Position numbers and translations under genes: made by a program
Part shown: positions 9,014-18,891 of the stretch, one piece after another
Layout: every line of letters begins with the position of its first letter
Numbering within the stretch: position 1 is the first letter of the stretch
DNA from: Anaerolineales bacterium
GTDB taxonomy: Bacteria; Chloroflexota; Anaerolineae; Anaerolineales; Villigracilaceae
Assembly (NCBI GenBank): GCA_046707185.1
Contig: JBJKOR010000567.1
Coordinates: 1 to 47,598, forward strand
Length of the DNA stretch: 47,598 nucleotides
Reading direction: 5' to 3'
Notes under the pieces: generated by a model
What the model was told of the DNA's origin: nothing
The model's input: only the letters and a program-made list of their open reading frames with translations
The model's database searches: none

Positions 9014-10103
9014 TCTAACCATCCAGCATAAGAATCTGCGCGCCGAGATCAATCAGGCCATTCAGAACGTTTTGGATCACGCCGATTTTATTCTTGGTGA
9101 AGATGTCGAAAAGTTCGAAGAGGAGTTTGCGGACTATTGCGGCACGAAGTATGCAGTCGGTGTGAGCAGTGGACTTTCTGCGCTTGAGCTGGGCCTGCGC
9201 GCATTGGGTATTGGGCCCGGCGATGAAGTGATTGTTCCCGCACATACCTTTACAGCCACCGCGGCCGCAGTAACGTTTTCCGGCGCCAGACCAGTATTTG
9301 TGGATGTGGACCCCGTTACATGGAATATTGACTCAATCAAGATCGAAGATGCAGTCACTGCGCAGACAAAGGCGCTTCTCCCCGTCCATCTTTACGGATT
9401 ACCAGCAAACATGCAAATGATTCGTAAGATTGCTGAAAAGCATCACCTTGCGGTCGTGGAGGATGCCTGCCAAGCCCACGGTGCAGAATTCAGCGGGCAG
9501 CGCGTGGGGAGCTTTGGAAATGCGGCTGGCTTCAGCTTTTACCCAACCAAGAATCTTGGCGCGTGTGGCGATGCCGGTATGGTGACTACCAATGATGAAC
9601 GAATCGCTGAAACCGTCCGCGCGTTGCGTAATTGTGGGCAGAGGGCTAAAAACGTACACAGTCTTCCGCCTTTCAATTATCGCCTTGATAACTTGCAAGC
9701 CGCGATTCTGCGCGTAAAGCTAAAATATTTGAATGAGTGGATTGCCTCACGCCGCAAGCTGGCTCAACTATATACTAGATTATTAGGGGGGATCAATGTC
9801 GTTCCCCAAACAGAACCAACTCTCTACAAGCACGTTTATCATTTATATGTTGTCCGCACACAAAACCGCGATGTGCTACAAGCCCGCCTAAAGGAACGCG
9901 GCATTGGCACAGCAATTCACTACCCCAAGCCTGTTCACTTGCAGCCTTTCTATGCACAAACGGAAGATCAACAAGGCAAATTCGCTGTTGCCGAAAGACT
10001 CTGCAACGAAATACTTTCCCTGCCCATGTATCCGGAAATGACCGAAGAACAAGTAGAGATCGTCGTTGCGGAAATAAGTGAAATGTTGATGCCGGCACAT
10101 TAG
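8994..10103 (+). CDS. DegT/DnrJ/EryC1/StrS-family aminotransferase (WbpE-like)
   Basis: Start chosen at ATG 8994 (MNIPLIDL...) behind AAGGAA. Family pattern includes [29 protein letters not shown] and [15 protein letters not shown] (PLP Lys). Confidence 0.85.
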   Translation: MNIPLIDLTIQHKNLRAEINQAIQNVLDHADFILGEDVEKFEEEFADYCGTKYAVGVSSGLSALELGLRALGIGPGDEVIVPAHTFTATAAAVTFSGARPVFVDVDPVTWNIDSIKIEDAVTAQTKALLPVHLYGLPANMQMIRKIAEKHHLAVVEDACQAHGAEFSGQRVGSFGNAAGFSFYPTKNLGACGDAGMVTTNDERIAETVRALRNCGQRAKNVHSLPPFNYRLDNLQAAILRVKLKYLNEWIASRRKLAQLYTRLLGGINVVPQTEPTLYKHVYHLYVVRTQNRDVLQARLKERGIGTAIHYPKPVHLQPFYAQTEDQQGKFAVAERLCNEILSLPMYPEMTEEQVEIVVAEISEMLMPAH

Positions 10104-10145
10104 GGACAAATTTCGGTTATTGAAGGAAGGTATTAACAAAATAGA

Positions 10146-11606
10146 ATGAAACAAAAAAATTCGAGAGTTGTGACGAATATAACAAGAGCCCGAAAATTTT
10201 TGCCTCTGCCCATAAGAAGAGGAGTTGGATGGGTAAAACGCCAACTGTCGCCACATTGGCTTTGGGAGACAAAGGAATTTAAGGAGTACTTTGCCTTTCT
10301 ACAGAAAAGTCAATGGTGGTCCCTCGAAGAACTTCGGTCTTATCAAGAAGAACGCTTGAAAGAACTGGTTAAATTTGCTTTCGAGAAAGTTCCCTATTAC
10401 CAACGCACCTTTAAGGAAAAACACTTGTGCCCTTCTGATATCAAAACTCTGGACGACATTCAATTGCTCCCGCTGATTACAAAACAAGAAGTCCGCGCAC
10501 ATCTCGAAGAATTTATTCCTGTCGATATTGATCAGTCCAAGTTGAGAATTTGGACAACAGGAGGCTCTTCAGGCATCCCCTTAAAAATTTATCTGGACAA
10601 TTTTTACAGCTCAATGATAGAAGAAGCTTTCAGTCTGCGTCAAAGATTGTGGGCAGGGTACCAATTCTACGATCCTAAGGCGACACTCACGCGGGCCTCC
10701 CTAGACAAATGGCCGACTCGGCGATGCTGGGATTACAACAATATCGAAAATGAAATCGTCTTAAAATCGCACGACATGACCGAAAGGAACTTGTTTGAAT
10801 TTGTCAATGTAATTCAAAAATTCAGGCCTAAATTTATAGTTGGATATCCCTCTTCCCTGGAAATCTTTGCGAGATTCATCAAAAGAAATAACCCTTGCCT
10901 ACCGCCTCTAAAAGCGATCTTCAGTGGCTCAGAGGCGCTTTTCCCAGGACAACGATACTTAATTGAGTCGGCTTTCAATTGCAAAGTTTATTCAGGGTAT
11001 GGAATGTCGGAGCGAATAGCCGATGCCATCGAATGCGAACAACACACCGGATATCACATCAACATGGAGTACGGAATATTTGAGCTGGTGGACAAAAATA
11101 ATGAGGCAATTGACAAGGCGGGGGTTTCCGGGTGTGTAGTTGGAACCGGCTTTCACAATAACGTGATGCCGTTAATTCGGTATCAGATGTTCGATATTGC
11201 CGTATATGCTGGGGAAAAATGTGCCTGCGGAAGAGCCGCTCCCTTAGTAAAGGATTTCAAAGGGCGGTTCAGCGAATATTTTGTTGGACGAACCGGAAAA
11301 TTAATCCCGTTGCAGTTGGTTTGGTCCGGCAGGCATGTCGTTTGGTCTAAAATTCGCGAGATGAAATTCGAGCAGAAATGCAAAGGCACAGTCGTAGCGA
11401 AGATCGTACCGGCTGACAATTGTTCAAACGAAGAGATCATATGCGAACTTAGGAACGAGGTTCAAAAAGTTCTTACAGAGGACGAATTTGATCTTCAATT
11501 TAATTTCGTTGACAGTCTCTCGCTAACGCATAGAGGCAAACTAAATTTTCTCGATCAAAAGATCCCGTTAAGTTTTGAAGATCTTGTAAATGTAGGTTAT
11601 GAATGA
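10146..11606 (+). CDS. CapK / phenylacetate-CoA-ligase (F390-synthetase)-family adenylate-forming enzyme
   Basis: TTGGSSGIPLKIY nucleotide-binding loop. Size and YPSSL, SGYGMSE motifs are typical of the PaaK/CapK family. Confidence 0.7.
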   Translation: MKQKNSRVVTNITRARKFLPLPIRRGVGWVKRQLSPHWLWETKEFKEYFAFLQKSQWWSLEELRSYQEERLKELVKFAFEKVPYYQRTFKEKHLCPSDIKTLDDIQLLPLITKQEVRAHLEEFIPVDIDQSKLRIWTTGGSSGIPLKIYLDNFYSSMIEEAFSLRQRLWAGYQFYDPKATLTRASLDKWPTRRCWDYNNIENEIVLKSHDMTERNLFEFVNVIQKFRPKFIVGYPSSLEIFARFIKRNNPCLPPLKAIFSGSEALFPGQRYLIESAFNCKVYSGYGMSERIADAIECEQHTGYHINMEYGIFELVDKNNEAIDKAGVSGCVVGTGFHNNVMPLIRYQMFDIAVYAGEKCACGRAAPLVKDFKGRFSEYFVGRTGKLIPLQLVWSGRHVVWSKIREMKFEQKCKGTVVAKIVPADNCSNEEIICELRNEVQKVLTEDEFDLQFNFVDSLSLTHRGKLNFLDQKIPLSFEDLVNVGYE

Positions 11607-12406
11607 CCAACCAGGCTGATGTTAGGCGCGTGACAAAAAACGCCATTTTATATTTTCAAAAAAACTTCAGATTGCTGCCCGCGAAATTCTGCCTGATTTC
11701 GGGATCACCGCGCTCAGGAACGACCGCACTATCGGAGTGGCTCGGCAATCATCCGGATGTGGCAGCGTTCTACGAGTCGCGTATCTTGATAAGTACACAT
11801 CGTTTTGTGGAGGAAGCACTTCGATTCAACGCTCTCGAAAAAGACACGGCCACGATTCTTGATTTGGCGCGGCAAGCGGCTCTTGGATATTATTCCTCAA
11901 CGAGAATCCTTATTGGAAAAAAAATGTTACTGGACAAAGAACCGCTCGAAGCAATTGCCTTTCCCGCCAAAGATTACGAATCGTTCATCACGGATTTTAT
12001 GAGAGTATTTCCAAGCTCTAAACTTCTCCTTGTAATCCGCGACCCCATCGCAACAGTTTGGTCAATGGCAAGGCGAACATGGGGAAATTCTCTGACCGAC
12101 GCCAAGAATATGAGATTTTCAATCGACGAATATATAGAGAATTGGCGTTCGTGCGCCCGCCTCGTTTTGGAATATCGTTCCTGTGCAAATATATATATTG
12201 TCCAGTTTGGAAAACTCGTCCGTGAGCCAGAAAAAGAATCGCAAAAAATATTGGATTTCCTTGACCTCCAAAAGGTACAAGCCTTTCAACCGCGGGACAC
12301 CAGCGAGATTGGCTTTAACGAGGAAGAAAGGTTAAATATATTCAAAAAAGTCCGGCCCCAACTTGAGGCGTTAAAAAGCCAAGGAATACGAGACCTAACA
12401 TGTTAA
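11603..12406 (+). CDS. sulfotransferase-family protein (PAPS-dependent)
   Basis: 5'-PSB loop GSPRSGTTALSEWL and 3'-PB-type VIRDPIATVWS. ATGA overlap with the upstream gene. Confidence 0.75.
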   Translation: MTNQADVRRVTKNAILYFQKNFRLLPAKFCLISGSPRSGTTALSEWLGNHPDVAAFYESRILISTHRFVEEALRFNALEKDTATILDLARQAALGYYSSTRILIGKKMLLDKEPLEAIAFPAKDYESFITDFMRVFPSSKLLLVIRDPIATVWSMARRTWGNSLTDAKNMRFSIDEYIENWRSCARLVLEYRSCANIYIVQFGKLVREPEKESQKILDFLDLQKVQAFQPRDTSEIGFNEEERLNIFKKVRPQLEALKSQGIRDLTC

Positions 12407-13872
12407 AACAAACTATCAGGCTTTCTTTCTCGCAGCATGGTTTACTTCTCCAAATAATCTTAGGCGTTGGGCTTGGGGGTTTATTAGGTTTGCTTTGTAT
12501 AAGTTTTTCGCCTTTCCTGGCGCTGGGAGTATTGTTGTCTTTTGTTTTGGTTTATATCGTATTGAAGCGGCCCGAAGTAGGGCTATTGATGATCTTGGTC
12601 GCCACATCAAGCATCGTATTCGAGGGTGAATTACCTTTGATCCCGATAGGCAATATAAGCTTGAACATTCCAGATATTTTCCTTTTGTTACTGTTTGGAT
12701 TGATATTGTTGCGATGGTGGATCGAACCAGAATTTAGAATTATCCGAACGCCGCTCGATTGGCCAATATTATTGTTCTATGGGATGATGATTCTATCGAC
12801 CTCTATAGCGGTGTTTCAATCTTCTATGCAAATTGAGCCGGCTAGAAGAGAAATCCGGATTGTAACCTATTATTTAACGTTCTTTATCGTTACTAATTTA
12901 ATCCGGGAACGCCGCCAACTCAATTTGTTGCTAAATGGCTTTTTCCTTCTCGCCGCGGTTGTTGCCGCTGCAATTATAGTGCAATTCGCGTTGGGCACCT
13001 CGATGCAAATCTTACCGGGAAGAGTGGAAAACTTGGGAACAATGGGTGCCGTTTATTCTGATGTTACCAGGATACTCCCTCCGGGTTGGTCAATCATTCT
13101 GGTTTCATTTGTGACAACTGTCTGTATACTTTCTCTAGAAAAATTGAAGCCGGCAGGGCTATTAAAATATCTCCTTTTTGGTCTGTTTGGATTTGCACTC
13201 CTAGTCACATTTCTTCGCAGTTATTGGGCAGCTCTTATTATCGCGCTCGGTTTACTGGCTTTCATCTTAAGGGAGAATGATAGACAACGCTTCATTGTTT
13301 TGGGAATCGTAACCATATCCACGGTAGCGATGCTTGTATTACTCGCGTTCATTGCCAGAAATTCAAAGGCGCAGAGTTTGGTGAACGCTTCCATTGATAG
13401 ATTGGGCACGCTCTTCAATGGCGGAACCTACCAAGGACAGGATAATTCCATAAACACAAGAATGATCGAGAATACATACGCGATTTCTGCTTTTGTTTCG
13501 CATCCATGGGTAGGTATTGGAATGGGTGCTGTGTACAGGCCCTTAGATTGGAGGCTGGATAGTCCGTCCTCTAGCCTACAAACACTGATCGAAAATGGTC
13601 ATCTAGAACTCCTAACAGATACTGGTGTTTTAGGGTATCTCACTTTTCTATCATTGTCATTTATATTTCTATATCGAGGATTACGAAACTGGAGAGGCAT
13701 CGCTGACCCTTGGTTAAAGGGCATTGTGTTGGGTTTCAGCCTCGTTTATTTGATAGTCTTGATCGCTGCGGTTACTAACTCGAGCTTTACTCAATGGCGT
13801 TGGACGCCCGTTTTGGGGGTCATTATGGGCGTCAACGAAGTAATTTTAAGATTAGAGAAACAAAAGGTTTGA
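12400..13872 (+). CDS. O-antigen polymerase/ligase-family membrane protein (Wzy-like)
   Basis: 490 aa, about 10-12 TM helices with a large late loop. Position is next to the flippase. Confidence 0.7.
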   Translation: MLKQTIRLSFSQHGLLLQIILGVGLGGLLGLLCISFSPFLALGVLLSFVLVYIVLKRPEVGLLMILVATSSIVFEGELPLIPIGNISLNIPDIFLLLLFGLILLRWWIEPEFRIIRTPLDWPILLFYGMMILSTSIAVFQSSMQIEPARREIRIVTYYLTFFIVTNLIRERRQLNLLLNGFFLLAAVVAAAIIVQFALGTSMQILPGRVENLGTMGAVYSDVTRILPPGWSIILVSFVTTVCILSLEKLKPAGLLKYLLFGLFGFALLVTFLRSYWAALIIALGLLAFILRENDRQRFIVLGIVTISTVAMLVLLAFIARNSKAQSLVNASIDRLGTLFNGGTYQGQDNSINTRMIENTYAISAFVSHPWVGIGMGAVYRPLDWRLDSPSSSLQTLIENGHLELLTDTGVLGYLTFLSLSFIFLYRGLRNWRGIADPWLKGIVLGFSLVYLIVLIAAVTNSSFTQWRWTPVLGVIMGVNEVILRLEKQKV

Positions 13873-13943
13873 TCCGCTCGAACAAAATACTTGTTGTTAA
13901 TCTCCTGTAAGTTTCCGCTTAGAAGATTAGGATAATCCAAGAG

Positions 13944-15434
13944 ATGCTAAAAAGATTCGTCGAAGACCTAGCAAAATACTCCTTATCGCAGTTCCTGCCC
14001 GCAATTACTGCCTTTATCACAACTCCGATTCTAACCAGGCTGTTTCTTCCAGTGGAATATGGGTACTGGGCATTAGCCGCAAATATATCTGCCTTTCTCG
14101 TTGCTTTGGCAGCTTCAGGCTATGGCAGTGCCATTCTTCGCTACTATCCGATCTACAAAGCCAACTCCAGTTTAGATGTATTCTACGGCACATTAACAGC
14201 ATCCGTGTTCGTCATTATCTGCCTTTCGACCATTATGAGTATATTGATTCTTTCTCTTTTCAAAACATTTATACCCTTGACGCTTTACCAGCTTCTACCT
14301 CTCGCTGTTGCCATCTTTGTTGCCCAAAGTATCTTTACAATTTTCATGTCTTTATTGAGGGCCCAGCAGCGAAGCGGATCCTTCACAACCTTTCAACTGA
14401 CTACTAACTATGCCGGACTTGGAATTGGTCTTTTATTAGTAATAGCCTTTGGTTTTCGAATCGAGGGTTTGTTGTGGGGAACTCTTGTCACAACTGTAAT
14501 TTTATTGCCCTTAATAATTTACCTGGCAGTAAGAGGAATAGGAATTAAGGTGCGACGCTTCCACTTGGCAGACGCCTGGCAAATATGGGACTTTGCCTGG
14601 CCATTAACATTAGGAAATGTGGCTATGTGGGGATTGCGCGTCTCGGACCTATATATCATCAGAATATTCCGCTCGGAACAGGATGTGGGCCTGTATTCGG
14701 TATCATATAACATTTCTGCAAAAAGCATTGAGTTGTTGGTTGCTTTGTTTTTACTAAGTGTTTCACCGCTGATTTTTGGTACTTGGGAAAATAAGGGATT
14801 GGAATCCACAGAGCAGGCGTTGACGATGGTGACACGTATATATTTTCTTTTATGTCTTCCGGCTGCGATAGGATTAAGCGTTTTAGCGTTTCCCTTTGTG
14901 GAATTGCTCACCACACCAAATTATTACGAGGGATATCATATCGTTGGATTTATTGTGTTTTCCAGTTTTGTTTGGGGATTATCAAACATTGCCATGATGG
15001 GCATAGCAATCAAGAAAAAGGCCCAGAGACTTGCGGTTAATCAAATTGTTGCCGCTTCGACCCATATAGTCTTGCAATTGATCTTCGTACCAAAATTTGG
15101 CTACATTGCTTCTGCCGTTTCAACCTTAATTGGTTATTCAGTGTTACTAACTCTCCAAGCATTATCCTCACGCCCATATATAACCTGGCGATTGCCCTTC
15201 GATACCATTGGCAAAGTAATTGCTTCCTCCGCCATTATGGGTGTCACTGCTTGGGTGGCTTTTCGATTATGTAATCTGATTACGACAAGCTTGATAGCGT
15301 CATTATTTCTAAGCATTGTTGCTGCCATAGTCATTTATATCAGTTGCTTGTTGGTATTGGGAGAAGTCAGGGCAAATGAAAGACAAGCTGTACTACAAAT
15401 ATGGCAAAATTCAGTGAGGGGGTTGCATGGATAA
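13944..15434 (+). CDS. oligosaccharide flippase (Wzx, MOP superfamily)
   Basis: 496 aa, polytopic. N-terminal pattern (SLSQFLPAITAFITTPILTRLFLPVEYG) is typical of polysaccharide biosynthesis (PST) proteins. Confidence 0.8.
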   Translation: MLKRFVEDLAKYSLSQFLPAITAFITTPILTRLFLPVEYGYWALAANISAFLVALAASGYGSAILRYYPIYKANSSLDVFYGTLTASVFVIICLSTIMSILILSLFKTFIPLTLYQLLPLAVAIFVAQSIFTIFMSLLRAQQRSGSFTTFQLTTNYAGLGIGLLLVIAFGFRIEGLLWGTLVTTVILLPLIIYLAVRGIGIKVRRFHLADAWQIWDFAWPLTLGNVAMWGLRVSDLYIIRIFRSEQDVGLYSVSYNISAKSIELLVALFLLSVSPLIFGTWENKGLESTEQALTMVTRIYFLLCLPAAIGLSVLAFPFVELLTTPNYYEGYHIVGFIVFSSFVWGLSNIAMMGIAIKKKAQRLAVNQIVAASTHIVLQLIFVPKFGYIASAVSTLIGYSVLLTLQALSSRPYITWRLPFDTIGKVIASSAIMGVTAWVAFRLCNLITTSLIASLFLSIVAAIVIYISCLLVLGEVRANERQAVLQIWQNSVRGLHG

Positions 15435-17499
15435 ATCTGTAAATCATTATCTTAGGCGCAGTCGTGAGCTGGGAACTGGGGGCGTTTTCCATCATACTTG
15501 GACCAAGATCAAAAGCGAAATGATTGCTTTCTGTCAATTGGCATGGTGGAAATGGGTGCCGAACAGTCAAATGAGTGACCGTGTATTTCTAACGCACGTG
15601 AATTGCGTTTGGCCCTCTATCGATTCCCTCCTTGACCATCTGGCGGCTCGTCCAGCCTCATCATTCATATTGCCGCACGAGTCTTCCAGGGAAATCCTTG
15701 CGATTCTGACCAGCCAATATCCAGAACATGTTTCGGCTATTCTTGCTGCTGCTGATGCCGCATGCCGAAATGAACTTTCGTTACTGGGTCAAGAATTCAA
15801 ATTCGGAGGAGAAATTGATTGGAACAAAGATCCGGTCACAGGGTGGAAATTTCCGAAGTTGCCTCAAAATCAGATGAGTCAATATATAGGTGCTGAGCGT
15901 CCGGTTGATCTCATATTTTTCTGGGAAATGAATCGACAACAGCATTTCATCACTCTTGGGATTGCCTATTGGTTGACAGACAATCCAAAATATATTAACG
16001 CATTCTGCCGCCAGATCCAGAATTGGATAGACACCAATCCGCCTCGACAGAGCATTAATTGGTATTATGGCTTAGAAATATCCATTCGCCTGATCGCGTG
16101 GACAGTTGCATTCCAGTTCTTCCGTAATTCACCGAAATTTCGAGAAGAGATCGGCAGTAAGTTCTTAAAGAGTTTGTGGCAACAGGCCAGTTTTCTGAGA
16201 AATCATCTTCAGATTTTTAGAACCAAAGATGATATTCCCAATAATCATCTAATTGCGGAACTTACAGGCCTGACACTCGTTGGGCTCACTTTCTCCGAAT
16301 TTCGTGATGCACATACCTGGCGCGAAACAGGGCTTCATCTTCTGAAACAATATGCACCTGTACAAAACCACGCGTATGGCGTCAATAAAGAACAAGCAAT
16401 GGGCTATCATCGTTTCATAGCTGAGTTGCTTCTTTTAATCGTTACGCTAAGTCATCGAAACGCGTTACCACTCCAGCCCGATTTAGAGCAAATGCTCATG
16501 CGTATGCTTGATTATTTGTCATATACATTGGAACCAATTGGAACAGTTCCCATGTGGGGCGACTCAGATTATGGTCGCGTACTCGGTTTAGGCAAAAACA
16601 AAAACTTTTGGGATATTCGTTGGCTTCTGTCCGCGGGCGCAGCACTATTTGGCCGAGTTGACTGGAAGTTTACTGCTGGCCGATTCGATGAAGAGGCATT
16701 TTGGTTACTCGGTATGGAAGGGCTAGAAGCTTGGGAAAAGCTCGATGCTCATGCGCCAACGCAGACATCAAACGCATTTCCACAAGGAGGAGTTTATATT
16801 ATCCGCGATGATTGGACGGCAAACACCGATGTAGCCTTTTTCCGTTGCGGCCCATTCGGATTGGGGGGGGCAGGCCATTGTGCTCATGCACACTGTGACC
16901 TGCTCAGCTTCACCTTGTGGGTAAATGGGCAACCACTGCTAGTCGATTCGGGTACTTACACATACCATGGATCGTTTAGGAATTACTTCCGCCTCGCGTC
17001 CGCCCACAACACAGCCATGATCGACGGCCATGAACAAGCTATTCCCTTACCCAATTTTAATTGGGAGCAGACTCCCAATGCCGAGAATATGGAATGGGAT
17101 GGCAAACGCGTAAAAGGCTTATTGGCTTTTCCAGGACAATTAAGTTTTATGCGTGAATTGATCCATCCAAAGCACGGTGTATGGAACTCAATCGATACGT
17201 TTACAGGAAAGGATGAACACAACATAGAATGGTTTTTCCATTTTAATCCTAGCTTGGATTTGGAATTGGATGATAAGCGGTGCAAGCTTATAGTGAAACA
17301 GCAAGGACAGCCCTTTGTGATCTTGTCTATGCCTGATAATCACGTGCATTTTCAGTTGAGAGATTCTTGGTATTCAGAAAAATACGGTATCAAACAATGC
17401 AATCGGGAACTCTATGGGCATTGGCAAGGGATATTAAAACCCAATGGCGTGACGTTCAATTGGCAGTTTCAACTTATCAATCAAAGCTCTTCTCAATAA
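15427..17499 (+). CDS. heparinase II/III-family (alginate-lyase-fold) protein, no signal peptide
   Basis: DIPNNHLIAELTGL (N-H motif) and GHCAHAHCDLLSFTLWVNGQPLLVDSGTYTY (Hepar_II_III signature). No N-terminal signal or TM segment seen by eye. Confidence 0.8.
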   Translation: MDKSVNHYLRRSRELGTGGVFHHTWTKIKSEMIAFCQLAWWKWVPNSQMSDRVFLTHVNCVWPSIDSLLDHLAARPASSFILPHESSREILAILTSQYPEHVSAILAAADAACRNELSLLGQEFKFGGEIDWNKDPVTGWKFPKLPQNQMSQYIGAERPVDLIFFWEMNRQQHFITLGIAYWLTDNPKYINAFCRQIQNWIDTNPPRQSINWYYGLEISIRLIAWTVAFQFFRNSPKFREEIGSKFLKSLWQQASFLRNHLQIFRTKDDIPNNHLIAELTGLTLVGLTFSEFRDAHTWRETGLHLLKQYAPVQNHAYGVNKEQAMGYHRFIAELLLLIVTLSHRNALPLQPDLEQMLMRMLDYLSYTLEPIGTVPMWGDSDYGRVLGLGKNKNFWDIRWLLSAGAALFGRVDWKFTAGRFDEEAFWLLGMEGLEAWEKLDAHAPTQTSNAFPQGGVYIIRDDWTANTDVAFFRCGPFGLGGAGHCAHAHCDLLSFTLWVNGQPLLVDSGTYTYHGSFRNYFRLASAHNTAMIDGHEQAIPLPNFNWEQTPNAENMEWDGKRVKGLLAFPGQLSFMRELIHPKHGVWNSIDTFTGKDEHNIEWFFHFNPSLDLELDDKRCKLIVKQQGQPFVILSMPDNHVHFQLRDSWYSEKYGIKQCNRELYGHWQGILKPNGVTFNWQFQLINQSSSQ

Positions 17500-17530
17500 G
17501 AAGATTATTTTGAAGCTTGAGGATAACAGA

Positions 17531-18874
17531 ATGAAAAAAGTGCTGATCATTGCCCGTGCTTTTCCACCTTTTTTCCCCGTGGGACACTCTATTCGGGCGA
17601 TCAAATTTATCAAATATTTGCCAACATTTGGCTGGCAGCCAGCAGTTCTCACAATCAACGATCAAAAAGAATATGAAAGCTCGTTAAAAGTTGGAAGCAA
17701 GGCCTTATTATCGGAAATCCAATCAGATGTTAATATTTATAGAACCATTGCAGGCGAACCTTCGTTGGAATTTTTGGAAGAGGCAAAAAGATTGAGCCAA
17801 CGAAATTGGTTGATTGGCTTAATTCTGAAAGTGTTCGGAAAGGGACGTCGTTGGATATTCCGTAACCTCCTATTACCGGATCGGTCCATTACATGGCTAC
17901 CCTTTGCTCTAAAACGCGGACGACAGATTATCAACAATGAAGGAATTAATATTATATTTGCTACCTGTCCTCCACACTCTTCTGCGTTGATTGGCGCTCT
18001 CCTAAAACTTTTCACCAACAAATACCTGGTTTTGGATTATCGGGACGATTGGATAGATACGCCTTGGTTCAACTCCAAGCCTGCATTATTTCGACACGTA
18101 GAACGACGAATGGAGTATTGGGCTGTTAAGGCAGCCGATAAAATAGTTCTGGTCACAGAATGGAGTAGGAACGCATTCCTGAAGCGCTATCCGAAAGAAC
18201 CAGTTGATAAGTTCATTTTGATTCCCAATGGTTGCGATCTCAACGATTTTACAAGCTTAATCCCTAGTCCGAGTAAGCTTGATCCCAACTCAAGATTCAC
18301 CATCCTACACGCAGGTTCCCTAAATGAGTCAAAAAACTGGGGGCGTAATGTATCAGGACTATTTCAAGCTATTCATAACCTTCTCGACCAACAACCGGAG
18401 ATGAGAAAAGTTCTTGGCTTGGTATTTGCCGGGGATTTGCCGGATGATTATCTTAGTTTAGCTAAGCAAATGGGAATCTCCGACATAATAACATGGGTTG
18501 GACATTTGCCCCACGATAAAGTCCTTGCCCTTATCAAATCTTCTGACCTCCTTTTAGCTATTAACTATGATGGTTGGTCAACATTGATTCCGGGAAAAAT
18601 CTACGAGTATTGGGCGGCAGGGGGGGCACCCATCCTTTTACTCAGCTGTCCTGGCGTTGCTGCAGAATTTGTAAATCAGCATCATCTGGGGCTTTCGGTC
18701 GAACCTTTCGATATATCCGGGATACAACAAGCTATCCAAACGGTGTTCTTTCAAAGCCAAACTTTGGAACCGATGCGAATTGAATCTAACGGCGTCGAGG
18801 TTTATGACAGGAAAGCGTTGACTTGCCAACTCGCACAGATTTTCTCTGATCTGTGCGACAATAAAATATTTTGA
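17531..18874 (+). CDS. GT-B glycosyltransferase (GT4-like)
   Basis: Start at ATG 17531 behind GAGGA. KKVLIIARAFPP N-terminus. C-terminal IPGKIYEYWAAGGAPILLL motif. Confidence 0.75.
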   Translation: MKKVLIIARAFPPFFPVGHSIRAIKFIKYLPTFGWQPAVLTINDQKEYESSLKVGSKALLSEIQSDVNIYRTIAGEPSLEFLEEAKRLSQRNWLIGLILKVFGKGRRWIFRNLLLPDRSITWLPFALKRGRQIINNEGINIIFATCPPHSSALIGALLKLFTNKYLVLDYRDDWIDTPWFNSKPALFRHVERRMEYWAVKAADKIVLVTEWSRNAFLKRYPKEPVDKFILIPNGCDLNDFTSLIPSPSKLDPNSRFTILHAGSLNESKNWGRNVSGLFQAIHNLLDQQPEMRKVLGLVFAGDLPDDYLSLAKQMGISDIITWVGHLPHDKVLALIKSSDLLLAINYDGWSTLIPGKIYEYWAAGGAPILLLSCPGVAAEFVNQHHLGLSVEPFDISGIQQAIQTVFFQSQTLEPMRIESNGVEVYDRKALTCQLAQIFSDLCDNKIF

Positions 18875-18891
18875 TGTGTTCTTGAGACGAT

